From NCBI RefSeq assembly GCF_009834535.1, contig NC_045696.1:93498001-93562000 (forward strand): DNA of 64,000 nt. Direction: 5' to 3'. The notes below the pieces were generated by a model, which had not been told where the DNA came from, did not search any database, and was given only the letters and a program-made list of their open reading frames with translations. This DNA comes from Camelus ferus (Eukaryota). A program made the position numbers and the translations under genes. Shown piece by piece: positions 38,181-52,557 of the stretch (position 1 is its first letter; each line of letters opens with the position of its first letter).

Positions 38181-39789
38181 GAAAACTTTACTTATTTTCT
38201 AGTGCAGTCTCACCAAATCCATTTGACTTTTGAACAGATCTACAGATTTCAAAATTCTCAGTTTTTTTCTGATGTTGTGGAATTTCTGATTTGTGACATT
38301 GTGGAATACATTATGTGTATTTTAATGTACACATTAAAATAGTGTAGTTATTCACATTCAAACATCCTAGTCAGCTATTGTAGAAAATAGGCCTTTTCTC
38401 CTCTTCAACTGGCCTGTTCAAGTATAGTAATGGAAAAATCCAGAGTTAGGAATTTTGAAGTCTTACCCTGTTAACATGTTGGTGGTTATGGCAGAAAATA
38501 ATGTTTTATTTGGAATTTATTTAGAGTGGGGAGTTCCAAGACTGGGAGGATCAGTTTTCTATTTGCAATTATCTATAGATAATAAGTGGTAAATGAAGGT
38601 AAATAATAAGAGGTAAATGAACAGAATTATAAATGAGATATATATGTGAATAACATTTTATTGGTAAAACCTATAGTATATGATATTTGTTGAATGATAT
38701 TTGTCATGGAGAGTTGAAATAAAATGAAGAGTAAAGAGAATGCTTAGATTAGTCTTGGTATGAATCTACCCTTTGTTACTTTCCCCCTTTCTCGCTTAGC
38801 CCCAGACATACTGACCTCCTTGCCATTAAACAAAAACATCAGGCATAGTTCCATGTCAGCGCCTTTGAACATGCTATTCCCACTCATCTTCCCCAGAAAT
38901 GTCCATAGCTTGCTTCTTCTCTGTCAGATGTTTGTTCAGAGTTTACCTTCTCAATGGGGACTTCTGAACCCCCCTATTTAATACTGCAGCCATGCCTAAC
39001 CCACAACATGGTGGTGAGGAGAAATCTGATGAAGTTATCATAGATAAGGAGAATAAAGGGATGAGTCTGGACTCATTAAAATAAAAGCAGTTAGAAAAAC
39101 AAACCTGTAGCATAGGAAAGATTTACAATTTAATTGTATAATTTTAGGAGTCCTCTAAGTAAGTACAATATGTATACCAGGATTTCCTTTTCAGGGCAGG
39201 ATGAAGTATTTATAACAACTAGAAAAGCCAGGCAAGTTATAAAAATGCCCTTTTTTTTTTTTTTTTAAGGTTTCAGAGAGCGGCTGAAGCAGAAAGACTT
39301 AGAAGTACTGGAATTCCAGAAAAAACAGAAGTTTCAAAGATAGACTGAGGACCTATAGTTTCTCTTTTCCCTAGGGACATTTGCTGAGTCTGGGTATAAA
39401 TAAACGGCTAAGAATATGAGCATGAAGGCAGAGCTACTGCTAAGGCACACATAAACAATCACAGTTTGGGAAGTTATGTGGGTGAGAATGACAAAACTGG
39501 AAGTCCAAGCACACAGCTCATGTCCATCTCAAGACTACTATATTCTGAAGATGTTTAGAGCAAAAGTTAAAGAGCTACTTCAAATAACTCTGAAAAGCAG
39601 AGTGGAAATTCTTAGTACCAAAGAGACAAAGAAACTAAATTCTCAATTAAAAGCCTATTGAAGGCAACCATAGGAACGAATACAAACCACAGGTAGACTA
39701 AATCTTACCAAAACAGCATCTAAGCCTGAACTTAGTCTATGATTGGATGAAGGTGATAATTTCTCCATATACACATATATATATATATT

Positions 39790-41690
39790 TTTTTTAATTA
39801 AGACTTTATTTTTTAGAACAGTTTTAGGTTCATAGCAACATTGAAGACAAGGTACAGAGATTCCCACAGACTCTCTGTCCCTATACATGCATAGCTTCCC
39901 CTGTTATCCCTCGCCATAGTAATATATTTGTTATAACTGATAAAGCTATATTGATACATCATAATCACACAAAGTCCATAGTTTACATAACAATTCACTC
40001 TCAGCGTTGTACATTCTGTGAGTTTGGACAAGTGTGTAATGACTTGTATCCATCATTAAGGTATCATACAGAGTGTTTCACTGCCCTAAAAATTGTCTGT
40101 GCTCTGCCTATTTATTCTTTCCCCCAAACTCAACTGATGGAAACTACTGATCTTTTAACTGTCTCCAGAGTTTGCCTTTTTCAGAATGTCATATAGTTGG
40201 AATCATACTGTATGCAGACTGTTCAGATTGGCTTCCTTCACTAAATAATATTCATTTAAGTTTCCTTCATGTCTTCTCATGGCTTGGTAGCTCATTTCTT
40301 TTTAGAACTGAATAATATTCCATTACCTGGATGTACCAGTTTATTTATCCATTTACCTACAGAAGGAAATCTTAATTACTACCAAGAATTATGAATAAAG
40401 CTGCTATAAACATCCATGAGCAGGTTTTTGTGTGGACATAAGTTTTTCAGCCCCTTTGGGTAAATACCATGGAGTGTGATTGCTGGATTATATGGCAAGA
40501 ATACATTTAATTTGGTAAGACACTATCAAATTGTATTCGAAAATGGCTGAACCATTTTGCATTCCTGCCAGCAATAAGACTTCCTGTTGCTCTACATTCT
40601 CACCAGAATTTGATGTTGTCAGTTTTCTGGATTTTGGCCACTCTAATGGATGTGTAGTGATATCTCATTGCTGTTTTAAGCTGCATTTCCCTGAGGACAT
40701 ATGACGAAGAGCATCTTTTCATATACTTATTTGGCATTTGAATATCTTCTTCCATGAGGTGTCTATTCAGGTTTTTGGCTCAATTTTCAACCAGGTTATT
40801 TGTCTTCTGATTGTTGAGTTGTGAGAGTTCTTGGTATATTTTGGATAACAGTCTTATCAGCTGTGTCTTTTGCAAATATTTTCTCCCAATGTGTAACTTG
40901 TCTTCTTTAACAAGTTGAGAAAGTTATGTTCTATTCCTAGTTTCCTGAGAGTTTTTATCATGATGGGTTTTTTTTTAGTTTGTCAAATTCTTTCTATGCA
41001 ACTATTGATATGGTCATGATTTTTCTTTTTTACCCTGTTGATATAATTGATTACTTTAATTGATTTTCAAATGCAGAATCAGATTTACATATCTGGGATA
41101 AATCCCACTTGATAGGTAATGTATACTTTTTAAATATTTTTTTTATTCAATTTGCTAATATTTTGAAGATTTTTGCATCTATGTTTAAGAAAGATATCGG
41201 TCTATAGTTGTCTTGTAATGTCTTCCCGGTTTTGGTATTAGGTAATGCTGTCTTCTTTTCTAGTATATGCACTCAATACTATAAATTTCCCTCTAAGCAC
41301 TGCTTTCACTGTATCCCACAAATTTGATAAGTTGTGTTTTTTATTTTACTTACTACAAAATACCCTTTAACTTCCTTGGAAAGTTCTTCTTTGACTGATG
41401 TGTAATTAGAAGTGTGTTGTTTAATATCCACGTATTTGGGGATTTTCCAGTGATCTTTCTGTTGTTGACTTCTACTTCCATTGTGGTTTGAGAGCATCAT
41501 ATGATTTTTATTATTTTTAAGGAATGTTTTATGGCTCAGAATGTGGTCTATTTGATAAATGTGCACTTGAGGAGAGTGTATATTCTGCTGTTGTTGAATG
41601 AAGCAGTCTGTAGATGTCCAATATATTCAGCTGATAGTTGGTGTTATCAAGTTCCACTGTGTCCTTACTAATTTTATGTATATTATATAT
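39790..41690 (-). mobile_element. L1MB-like element (3'UTR plus deleted ORF2 pieces)
   Basis: agactttattttttagaacagttttaggttcatagcaac… 3' end. ORF 41306-41566 (IDHILSHK…LSNHNG) is an endonuclease-domain remnant. Confidence 0.88.
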
Positions 41691-41699
41691 TAATAGAAT

Positions 41700-44640
41700 T
41701 CTATTTTAATAGCAGTGTAAAGGGTAAACTCTTTCCTGTGGAAGATATCCTCTGATGAAAAATATGGCTGTATAATTTCTTTTTATATACACAATGTGTG
41801 ACATTAATATGCCAAGATACAGAAACAAATTGCTAACAACAAAAGGAGGAAAATAATACCTAGACAACAGAGATGGATTCATAGGTAATCCAGGTATTGG
41901 AGTTACCAGGAGAACTTAAAAATAACTTTGATTATTATGCTTAAAAATACAGCAAGTAAAATAATAGACAAATTTGGCAAAATCATGAAGAATATCCATA
42001 GAGAATTTGAATCTAAAAAAAAAAGTGAGATTCTAGAATTGAGAAATATAATGTCTGGAGGAGAATCCAGTGGGCAAATTTACCAGCAGTTTAGACACAG
42101 AAGAAGACAGGTATGATAAATTGTAAGGCAGGTCAACAGGAGCTATCCAGACTGAAGTACTGAGAAAATAAATCAGAAAAGGACTTAAGAGTATGTGAAA
42201 CACCAATAACTATCAAAACACAACTAAAAGTTCTCATACACATGCAATTAGAGTCTCAGGAGAAGAGTGAAAGAACTGGAGTTCTAGAAACGAAGTGAGA
42301 CTGTGTCATAACTAATACTTTAAAGAGGTAATGGCTCAAAGATGATAAAAAGTCATCAACCCACAGATTTAAAAGCTTAGAGAACCCAAATCAGGATAAA
42401 TACAAAGAAACAATATCTAGTAAATCATAGCAATTCTGCTAAAACCTAAATAAAAGATAATTTTTAAAAGAAGTCAGAGGAAAATGACACTTTAACTTCA
42501 AAGGAGAGGCAATTTTCTTTATCAAGAGAAAGAAAGCCAGAAGACAATGGGATAGCATCTCCACAATGTTGGAAGTAAAAAACCCTACAAACCTAGAATG
42601 GTATATTCAACAATCATATCTTTTGCAAATATAGGTGACTGAGATGTTTTTAATAAAAACTGAGAGAATTCATTCCCAGTAAGCTTACTTTTAAAAAATA
42701 CCAAGGAAAACTCCTTTGGCAGAAGGAAATTTAAAACAGGGACATACAGAAAAGAACAAAGAATATCAGAAAAGATGATCATGTAGATAACTATTAATAA
42801 ATGTTGGCTACAAAATGATACTAGTAATGTCCTGGAAAGTTTAAAAAATATGTATAATTAAACTCAAAAACAATTATTACTCAAACAGTAGACAGTAATG
42901 TATAAAGCTAAAATTTTCTAAGGTTCTAGCACTAATGTGGAAGTGGTAAGAGTAATATTTTGTATTATACAATTATATCAAGTATACATGCTAAAATCCT
43001 AGTGCATGAAACATAAAAAGAATAGCAAAACAATGCATAATTGACAAGTATAGAATAAAATATGGAAGAATTAAAAAGTTGGTTTATCCAAGAGAAAGTG
43101 AGAGAAAAATAGGCTAGTCAAATCAGAAACAACCTTCAAAATGGTAGATATAGGCCCAGCATTATCAGTACTAGTATTAAACATAAATGAACTAAATATT
43201 ATAAGCAAAAGATTAAGATTATCAGATTAGATTTTAAAATGCCTATGTGCTATATACAGCAACATATATTAAATATAAAAACACTGAAAGAGTATAAATA
43301 AAAGGATAGAAAAATATTTCATTCAAATTCTAACCAAAAGAAAACTGACATAGTTATACTAATATCAGACAAACAGTCTTTAAGAGAAGTAACATTATCA
43401 GAGACAAAGAGTGACACCACAGATAAAGGGGTCAATACAACCACAAGATCTCAAAATCCTAAATTTACACACATCCAACAGCGTGGTTTCAAAATATATA
43501 AAATACAATCAGCAAACTGTAAAGAGAATAGACAAATTCACAATCATAATGAAGATGTTAACACACTTCTCAAAATAGCTCACAGAAAAAACAAAAAAGT
43601 ACATAGAATATATGTAAATAGTATAATTAAATCTGAGCTAATTGACATATATAGAATGCTACATCGAACAAAAATAGATTTCACAATTCTTTTTATGTTC
43701 ACAGTGTATAAAATTGTGTATACAATGTTCTGTTTGTCAAGAGTTCTCCAGAAGAACAGAATTAATAGAAAAAATATATATATATATTCTATTATGTATT
43801 GATTTATGGGATCATAGAGGCTAGCAAGTCCAATATCTGCAAAACCAACATTCTAGTTTGAGTCAAAAGGGCATCAGGATTCTGCAGAATCAGTAAGAAC
43901 CAATGTATCAGTTCAAAGATCATCAGGGACGAGAACTCTATCTTCCCTGAGGGAGGGTCAGCCTTTTGTTTCATTCAGGCCTTCAAGTGATTGCATGAGA
44001 CCCACTCAAATTATGTAGAGCAATCAGATTTACTCAGTCTACCAATCTAAATGTTATCTTATCTAAAAACACCCTCACAGAAACATCTTGAATGTTTGAC
44101 CAAAAAAAAAAAAAAAAAAAAGTCTGGCCATCCTGTGACCCAGTCCAATCGACACAAATTTAATCATCATGTGTTCACTATAAAAGAATCTACTCTATTT
44201 CAGACCACACTAGAATCAAGCTAGGGTTCTGAAAAAGATAGAAAGAAAACACAAATTATCAACGACAGGAATGAAAAATGATACTTCACTACAGACCATA
44301 GAGATGTTAAAAAGATAAAAGTATGCCTGATGATTTGGATCAAATAGATAAATTCCTAAAAATATACAACTTCCCAAAATTGACATCAAAAGAAGATGCA
44401 AATTTGAATAATAAGGATCTTTTAAATAAATTGAATTTGCTACATTTTTCTAACAAAGAAAATCCTAGGCAGTCAATCTAATAGGTGAATTCTTCCAGGC
44501 ATGAAAAGAACAATAACACCATTATTACTCAAAATTTTCCAAATAAGAGAAATAGAGAGAAAATTTCATAACTGTTTTTATGAGGGCAACATAATCTTGC
44601 TTCCAGAACCAGATAAAAATATTATAAACAATATTACAAG
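41700..44640 (+). mobile_element. Old L1 (ORF1 and ORF2 remnants); its 5' region probably lies at ~39170-39760
   Basis: ORF1-like gaacccaaatcaggataaatacaaagaaac; EN-like aaccaaaagaaaactgacatagttatactaatatcagacaaa; tatgagggcaacataatcttgcttccagaaccagataaa. Confidence 0.8.
43731..44171 (-). mobile_element. MLT2 (ERVL) solo LTR inserted in L1
   Basis: gagttctccagaagaacaga…caggccttcaagtgattgcatgagacccactc…gacacaaatttaatcatc. 5-bp TSD TGTTC (43726-43730 and 44172-44176). Confidence 0.9.
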
Positions 44641-44844
44641 TCTAAAGATGACAAGAGCTTAGCTAAATCAAGGAATTAAAAATAGAGGTCAGTAGAGCAG
44701 AAGAATAGCAAGTAAGGAAAGGAGGAGTTAAGATTAATGGGAAACAAGGGCCAGCCAAGCAGGATCCTACAGGAATGGAAGAGGATTCAGAAATTTATTA
44801 AGGGCAGTAGTCATTGGTTTATTTACATTAATATAGTCACCTAA

Positions 44845-44845
<1 letters not shown>

Positions 44846-44883
<38 letters not shown>
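44846..44883. repeat. (TCTG)n tetranucleotide microsatellite
   Basis: Seen directly in the sequence. Confidence 0.95.
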
Positions 44884-44884
<1 letters not shown>

Positions 44885-45849
44885 GGAATTACAGAAAACT
44901 TGAGTCTGCTTTAGTTTGCTAAGAAATTAAAAGTTGTAATCTCTATGGCTCAAACAAACAAAAACAATCAAAAAACAAGAAAACCTAGGGCCATTGGCTG
45001 TTAAAACAATAATTTAACAGCAGGGAGTTAACATGCAAGAAGTTCACTCTCTTATGAAAAGCCAGTTTTTCTCTGCCCTCTGCAAGGGATGTCCAGGTTA
45101 GAAATCTGAAGCACTAATTGCCTGAGTTTAGAAACTCCTGGGATTTTTAAGTGTCAGAAGGTCAAAATACCAGGACAAGGTAAGTGAAAGCTTGTTAGCA
45201 TGAATTAGCTATTGAGTTCTGGTGCAGCAGATATTTTGTATTAAATGGAAGGATGAAAAGGGGAAATAACCGAAGGGAATGCTGAGTTAAAATCTGGTGG
45301 CAGCAGGAGGGCTTGGAGCAAAGCAATCATTAAAAGTCCTTTTGAGTTTGGCTTCTTTAAAAGAGTTAACAATGCTTGCTAAAGACATGCCTCATAGCTG
45401 CATTCTTTTTTTTGGTTTTGGTTCTCCTACGCAGACAGCAGTTCACTGCTGACCTTACATGTGCACCTAATATGTACTTTTCCAAACGACCCTTATATAC
45501 ATGGAAGGTTGCTGAAGACACTGGCAGAAAATTCTGTAAATGGAGATCTTGCAGAATACCTTTTCCTTTTTGTGCTTGACCCTCGGTAAATTTCTGCTGA
45601 AAATCAGAACTGATTTTCTTACCCACCCCCTCTCCTCTATTGTTTTCTCTCCAGTGTGCTCAATTTCTGAACAATCTCCTGCCAGCCCAGTAGTTGCTCT
45701 ACCCTTCACAGCTTCCTCAGCCCACTAGGGGTGGGGGAAACAAAGCCAAGTGACAGGTCCCTGGAAAAGGCATTTCTGTTAGAGCTGGGAAGCAGGAAGG
45801 CAGTGTTGGTGGTGAGCACCCCTGTTTTAAAACACTGAAAATCAGGGCC

Positions 45850-48050
45850 TTTTAGGATTCAAATTGCATTTTAAATTTATCTCTTGATTTTATTACAAGA
45901 GTAATATGCTCATAAAAATTAAAATAAATGCAGAATATAAATTCTTTCCCTACATCCTTCCCTGAGCTAAAGAGTTTGATACGTAGAATTTTTTCAGTTT
46001 TATCTTATGAATACATAATCATTTGTACATATATACATACATCTGTGCACTCATATAATTTTTGTAAATTGAGCTATAGTTTACATGAAATAGAATGCAC
46101 ACATTTTAAGTGTATGATTTAATGAGTTTTAACAAATGTACTCCTGAGTAATCATCACCCCAATGAAGATATAGACCATATGCATTGTCCCAGAAAGTTC
46201 CCTCTTGCAGCCTTCTAGTCAATTCCAACAGCCCCTCCTCACCACCCCAGAGGTAACTAATACTAATAGATTTCAAACATCATAGATTTGTTATTTCTTT
46301 AATTTTCTGTACCTTTTGTTTATGATTTCCTTTGCTCAACATAATGCTTTTGGCTTTCTACCACTTGACACATGTATCAGTAATTTATTCCCTTTTTTTG
46401 GCCAAGTATGAGCTCACAATTAAAAAAAAATCTTCCTATTAATATACATTTACATGTAATGTCACTTTCTATACAGAAAGAGTATTGTACTATGCAGCTT
46501 TTTCTGTGACTTTCTTTTCATTTTTTCACTGCATCCTGGACACGCTTCCCTAAACATCCCTATGACTTACCTGATTCTTTCCTAAGGCTGCATAGTCTTC
46601 TTTCATATGAATGTTCTACATATTATATACTTGATCTTCTGTTTAGAATTACAGGCTTTCAATATTAAAGCAGTTTTATAAATTAAAGTTATGCTTGCAA
46701 ACAGTTGCAAAAATTACTATGGCAAAGAAGTATCTAAGATAAAATACAGACTATCTAAATAGAATAAAAATCCTTTCACTTTGCAATCCCATTAGCCAGA
46801 TATGATCATATTTAACAGTTGTTTTTTTAAATAATGAGCTGGCCCAGTTATAAAACAAATACTTTGATAAGAATACATATTGCAATGCTAGCTTTATCAA
46901 CTTGATTGTCTGATATGAGAATGAGATGGGGAATTTAGTACTTTTGTGCTAACTTCTCCTCCTTTCCTTATATCCACCTCCAGATATGTATTTTGGTTAT
47001 GTTGTTACTTTTAACATTATAAACATCTTTACATTCTGTTCCTCAAAAATAATTAGTCCTACTCATTTTGTCTAGAATTTGGTCCTATAAATATAAACAC
47101 ATGTAAGAGTATTTCAAATCTATGATGATATCAATTTTATTCATTCAAGAATCAAGCAGTATGTATAGGACAAAAAAAGAAATAAATGTAATCTTACTTC
47201 AATAAACCCCTACTACTTAAAGGTATTCCAAGGACTGGAGAGTGAAGTAATTCATTTTATATACTTCTCATCCATTTTTTCAAAATTTTCTACATTAAAA
47301 TCAACTAGAACTTGTATTTTATATTACTTTTTATTTTTTGGTATTATTTCATTTTATGGGAATATCTCATTACAGATTTTTTTTCTCACAAGGCACATAA
47401 TGGTTAACTTTGAGTCTTTGCACTTTCAAAATATTAATTTGCCACATACTTGAGAATTTGGAGTAGAATGGAGAAGTCTTATGTCCTCTGGTTCTCTCTC
47501 CTTCACAGCAAATCTCCATTTCATCTCTGAATGCTTTCAGGGTTTTTTTCTCTTTATTCGTGCTATTCTAAAATTTTCAGGATCTACCTGTGTCATTCAT
47601 ATGCCCTGTCTGCCACTCAGTGGACTATTTCTATCTACACCCTGCTTTCTTTATCTTTTCTTTTGTTTGCAATATTATTTCTCTTCCATCTTCTTTGCCA
47701 CCAGCCTCTGGATCTCCTTTAAGCAGGTGGCAGGGCATCTGAATTAATCTCCCCATGTCATGTTAACTTAACCTTATATCTCCAGTCTTTCTGTTTTGTG
47801 TCTATATTCTAAGCAGTTTTTCCTATTTATTTTCCAGACCCAGTTTTAAGTTTTATTCAACTCACTTTTTACAAAAATTTCAGCAATCATATTTTAAACT
47901 ACAACATAATTCATTAGATGATTATACTTTTTATAGAGATGTTATGATATTAGAAGTTATATAGGACTAACTATCTTTCTGGCATATTTTTAATGTTTTA
48001 TGTCTAATAACTCACTTACCCTCTTCATAATTTATTCTCATCACACTCAC
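45850..48050 (-). mobile_element. Degenerate old L1 fragments (L1ME-like, with an L1MB-like 3' end at ~46060-46410)
   Basis: ttgagctatagtttacatgaaatagaatgcacacattttaagtgt…ccagaaagttccctcttgc, with further degenerate antisense L1 sequence. Confidence 0.55.
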
Positions 48051-48294
48051 TTATCCTCATCATATCCTCTGTCAGCTTGCCAGAAAAGATCACCTCAGCT
48101 TTCAAACCCAAAGTGGACTCCATCTCAATATCCTATTTCATAGATAGGACTTGACAATACATGATAAACATGCTGATTTCTCGTTCACCTATATCGCTTA
48201 ATCTAGAAAGTTACGGGAGGAACTTCAAGTGCTTTCATTACCACTGATTATACTATGGACCTAGCACTATGCCAGAGGCAGGCCAGGCAGTCTT

Positions 48295-50290
48295 TTTTAT
48301 TATTATTATTGAAATGTAGCTGGTTTACAATGTTCTGCTAATTTCTTGTATACAGCATAATGATTCAGTTATACACATGCATATATACTCCTTTTCATGT
48401 TATTTTTCATTATAGGTTATTACAAAATATTGAATATATTTCCCTGTGCTATACAGTAGGACTTTGTTGTTTATCTATTTTATATAGTAGTTAGTATCTG
48501 CAAATCCCAAACTCCCTCCACTCTCCCCTTTCACCCTTGGTAACCATAAGTATGTTTTCTATGTCTGTGAGTCTGTTTCTATTTTGTAAATAAGTTCAGT
48601 TGTCTTTTTTTTTTTATTTATTCCACATCTAAGTGATATTGTATGGTATTTTTCTTTCTCTTTCTGGCTTACTTCACTCAGAATGACAATCTCCAGGTCC
48701 AGCCATGTTGCTGAAAATGGCATTATTTTATTCTTTTTTATGGCCAACTAGTATTCCATTGTATAAATGTACCACAACTTCTTTATCCAGTCATCTGTCA
48801 GTGGACATTTAGGTTGCTTCCACGTGTAGGCTATTGTATATAGTGCTGCTGTGAATATTAAAGTGCATGTATCTTTTCTAGTTAGAATTCCCTCTGTATA
48901 TATGCCCAAGAGTAGGATTGCTAGATCATATGGTAAGTCTATTTTTAGCTTTTGGAGGAATCTTCATACTGTTTTCCATAATATCTGCAACAAACTACAT
49001 TTCCACCAACAGTGTAGGAGGTTTTCCTTTTCTCCACATCCTCTCCAGCATTTATTGTTTGTGGACTTTTGAATGATGGCCATTCTGACTGGTGTGAGAT
49101 GATAACCTCATTGTAGTTTTGATTTGCATTTCTCTGATAATTAGTGATACTGAGCATTTTTTCATGTGCATATTGACCATTTGTACATCTTCATTGGAGA
49201 ATTGCTTGTTTAGGTATTCTGCCCATTTTAGGATTGGGTTGTTTGTTTTTTGTTATTGAGTTGTATGAGGTGTCTGTATATTTTGGAAATTAAGCCCTTG
49301 TCAGTCACATAATTTGCAAATATTTTCTCGTATTTCATAAGTTGTCCTTTCTTTTTGTTTATAGTTTCTTTTGCTGTGCAAAAACTTAAAAGTTTAGTTA
49401 GGTCCCATTTGTTTATTTTTGCTTTTATTTCTATTGCCTGTGTAGACTACCCTAAGAGAACATTGCTATGATTTATATTAGGAATAGTTTGCCTATGTTT
49501 TCTTCTAGGAAGTTTATAATGTCTTGTCTTACATTTAAGTCTTTAAGCCATTTTGAGTTTATTTTTGTCTATGTTGTGAAGGAGTGTTGTAATTTTATTG
49601 ATTTATATGTTGCCGTCCAGCTTTCGCAACACCACTTGTTGAAGAGACTGTCTTTTTTCAATTGCATATTCTTGCTTTCTTTGTTGAAGATTAATTGACT
49701 GTATGTATGTGGATTTATTTCTGGGCTACCTATTCTGAGCCATTGATTCACATGTCTGTTTTTCTGCCAATACCACACTGTTTTGATTACTGTAGCTTTG
49801 TAGTACTGTCTGAAGTCTGGGAGGGTTATTCCTCCAGCTTCACTCTTTTTCTTCAGTATTGCTTTGGCAATTCTGGGTCTTTTGTGATTCCATATTAATT
49901 TTAGGATTATTTTTTCTAATCTGTAAAAAAAAATGTCCTAGGTAATTTGATAGGGATCACATTAAATCTGTAGATTGCCTTGGGTTGTGTGGCCATTTTA
50001 ACAATATTAATTCTTCCAACTCAAGAACATGGGATATATTTCCATTTCTTTAAATCATCTTTAATTTCCTTAATCAATGTTTTATAGTTCTCTGTATACA
50101 AATCTTTCACCTCCTTCGTGTCAGGTTTATTTATTTACTTATTTAATTTGATGTAATTTTAAAAGAGATTTTTTTTTAAACTTTCATATTCCGATCTTTC
50201 ATTGTTAGTATAAAGAACTGCAACATATTTCCATATGTACCACACTACTTTGCTGAATTTATCAGCTTTAGTAGTTTTTGCATGGAAAAG
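48295..50290 (-). mobile_element. Lineage-specific 5'-truncated L1 (~2 kb) with TSD
   Basis: ORF2p remnants (49569-49778 [12 protein letters not shown]…[15 protein letters not shown]; 48559-48747). T-rich tail at 48295-48310. 11-bp TSD caggcagtctt (48284-48294 and 50291-50301) at a TT/AAGA endonuclease-type site. Confidence 0.95.
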
Positions 50291-50495
50291 CAGGCAGTCT
50301 TAACTTGATTTGAACTGAAGTTGAATTGATACAGTCATCTCACTACTCAAGTGACTAGTGCTCCTACCTAATTGAAATATAGCCACCCCTAACACCGATT
50401 TTAATAGCTAAGAAGAAAAAGTGCAGGAGAAGGATGGCAGAAGTATTTTACAATTTATTGAGACCCCTTTTTACACATTAAAACATCCACAATTA

Positions 50496-51226
50496 GAAAA
50501 TGTAAATTGGTTTAGACATTATGGAAAACAGTAGAGAGATTTCTCAAAAAATTAAGAATAGAACTACTACATGATCCAGCAATTCCACTTCTGGATATTT
50601 ACTCAAAGGAAACAAAAGCACTAACTTGAAAAGATGTATGCACCCCTATATTTACTGCAGCATTATTTACAGCAACCAAGATATGGAAACAACATAAGGA
50701 TCCATCATTAATGGATGAATGGACAAAGAAAATGTTTATATATATATAACATATATATATATATATTATATAAAATGTTTATATATATATATGTTTATGT
50801 ATATATGTATATACACATACACAAAACTGTTTATATATATATATATAACTTTATATACAATACTACTCAGACATAAAAAAGAATGAAATATCGCCTTCTG
50901 TCACAACACGGATGGGCTTTGAGAGCATTATTCTAAGTGAAATAAGTCAAACAGTGAAAGACAAACATGATTTCACTTATATGTGAAATCTATAAACCAA
51001 AACAAATAAACAAACAAGACTCAAAGATACAGCAAATGGATAGGTGGTTATCAGAGGCAGAGAGGGTTGGGGTGGGCAGAAAAGGTGAAGGGAGTCAACT
51101 GCATAGTGACAGATGGTAATGAGACTTACTGTGATGATAACTTTGTGTGTATTCAAGTATTGAATTATTATGTTGTACACCTGAAATTAATATAATTTTA
51201 CATACCAATTTTACCTCAATAAAAAA
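50496..51226 (+). mobile_element. 5'-truncated L1 (L1MA9/laurasiatherian-type 3' end) with TSD and internal TA-rich expansion
   Basis: gatccagcaattccacttctggatattt…tgttgtacacctgaaattaatataat. TSD core atccacaatta (50485-50495 and 51227-51237). Confidence 0.92.
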
Positions 51227-52375
51227 ATCCACAATTATAAGATTTTTTCCCTTATCTAAAAATCAAGCATTATGTTTTATAATGAGAATACTTTACTGCA
51301 GCTGTATATTCATTGAGTATAAGCTCTAATTTTCTTTCCACTTTCTTTATGTACAATTGTCTTTTAATTAAGGGAAAGTATTCTACACTAACTAGCAGCC
51401 TTTGGGATATATTCCATTGATTAAACGTGAGAAACAAATAGGCAATGCTTACAAGAACTGCAAGGCACATATGTCTGTATGAAAAGAGACCAATTTAAAG
51501 TCTCACAGTGTGGTGTTACTAATGATTCTCAGCTGGGCAACCTTCTGAAAAGTACAATTTTGAATAGAGTGCAATTTACTTTTCTGTAGGTAATGAATAA
51601 AGGATCGACTCATCAGAGAATATGAGAAAGGAAATGTAGGGGAGAGTAGCGGAGACAACAGCTGTTAAGTGTAGAAACTTGAAATACAAACCTTAAGAAA
51701 ATTCTTCAGTTAACACACATAAATATTGCCAAAATACAGTCTCCAAAGCCATAGTTTGAAGCCAGGGCTGTTTTCTCAGGGCAATTTTGTTAAGGCTAAT
51801 AGGTAAGCCAAAAATTAAATTTCTAACATAGGCAATGAACATCATACATTCTAAGCTAAAATAGCTTTAAAATATAAAATAGTATCTTTGGCAACTACTC
51901 CCAGACATTGGGCAATTAAATAAAAAAAGACTCCAAGCCTTCTCTTTTTCATAGTCGCTAATTAGTTCATAAGATAATTTTTTTGTTTTTCCAAACTTCT
52001 AAAATTTAATTTCTCATCCTAATGAATGACTTCAAGTATAAAGCTGATGTCATTTTAAAAATATATTGCCCAGACACTCTCTTTTTAAAGGTTATTAGAA
52101 ACCCCACTTCAACCAAAATAGTCAGTTGACAATTTTTTCCCCTTATCCCAAAGGAGGTAAACGATTTGTTCCTGAGACAAACTGAACAGAAGAGGATGTG
52201 GATTTGGGTATCCCAGACCTGGTAGAGGGCAAAGGTGAGAAGCCAGACTGAGAACAGGGGGTTTAATTGAATAGTTGAAGGCTGAACAGTAGGTCTCTCC
52301 CCTAACCCCGCCAGCTCCCTTCCTTGCCTGGCTCGAAGAATATAGGCAGCTAATCATATTACCAATGTAATAAAT

Positions 52376-52376
<1 letters not shown>

Positions 52377-52408
<32 letters not shown>
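52377..52408. repeat. (CA)n microsatellite
   Basis: Seen directly in the sequence. Confidence 0.95.
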
Positions 52409-52409
<1 letters not shown>

Positions 52410-52557
52410 CAGATCACAGGAAGAGTCATCTCCAAGGAAATTTCATGGGTCCAGACAGAGGAACTACAGATTTTTCTATTACTGAAAGAAAACAAAGCTT
52501 AGAAGAGAAACTCAAGAGGAGAGCAGCACAAGGAACTGACAGAAAAAAAATAAATTT

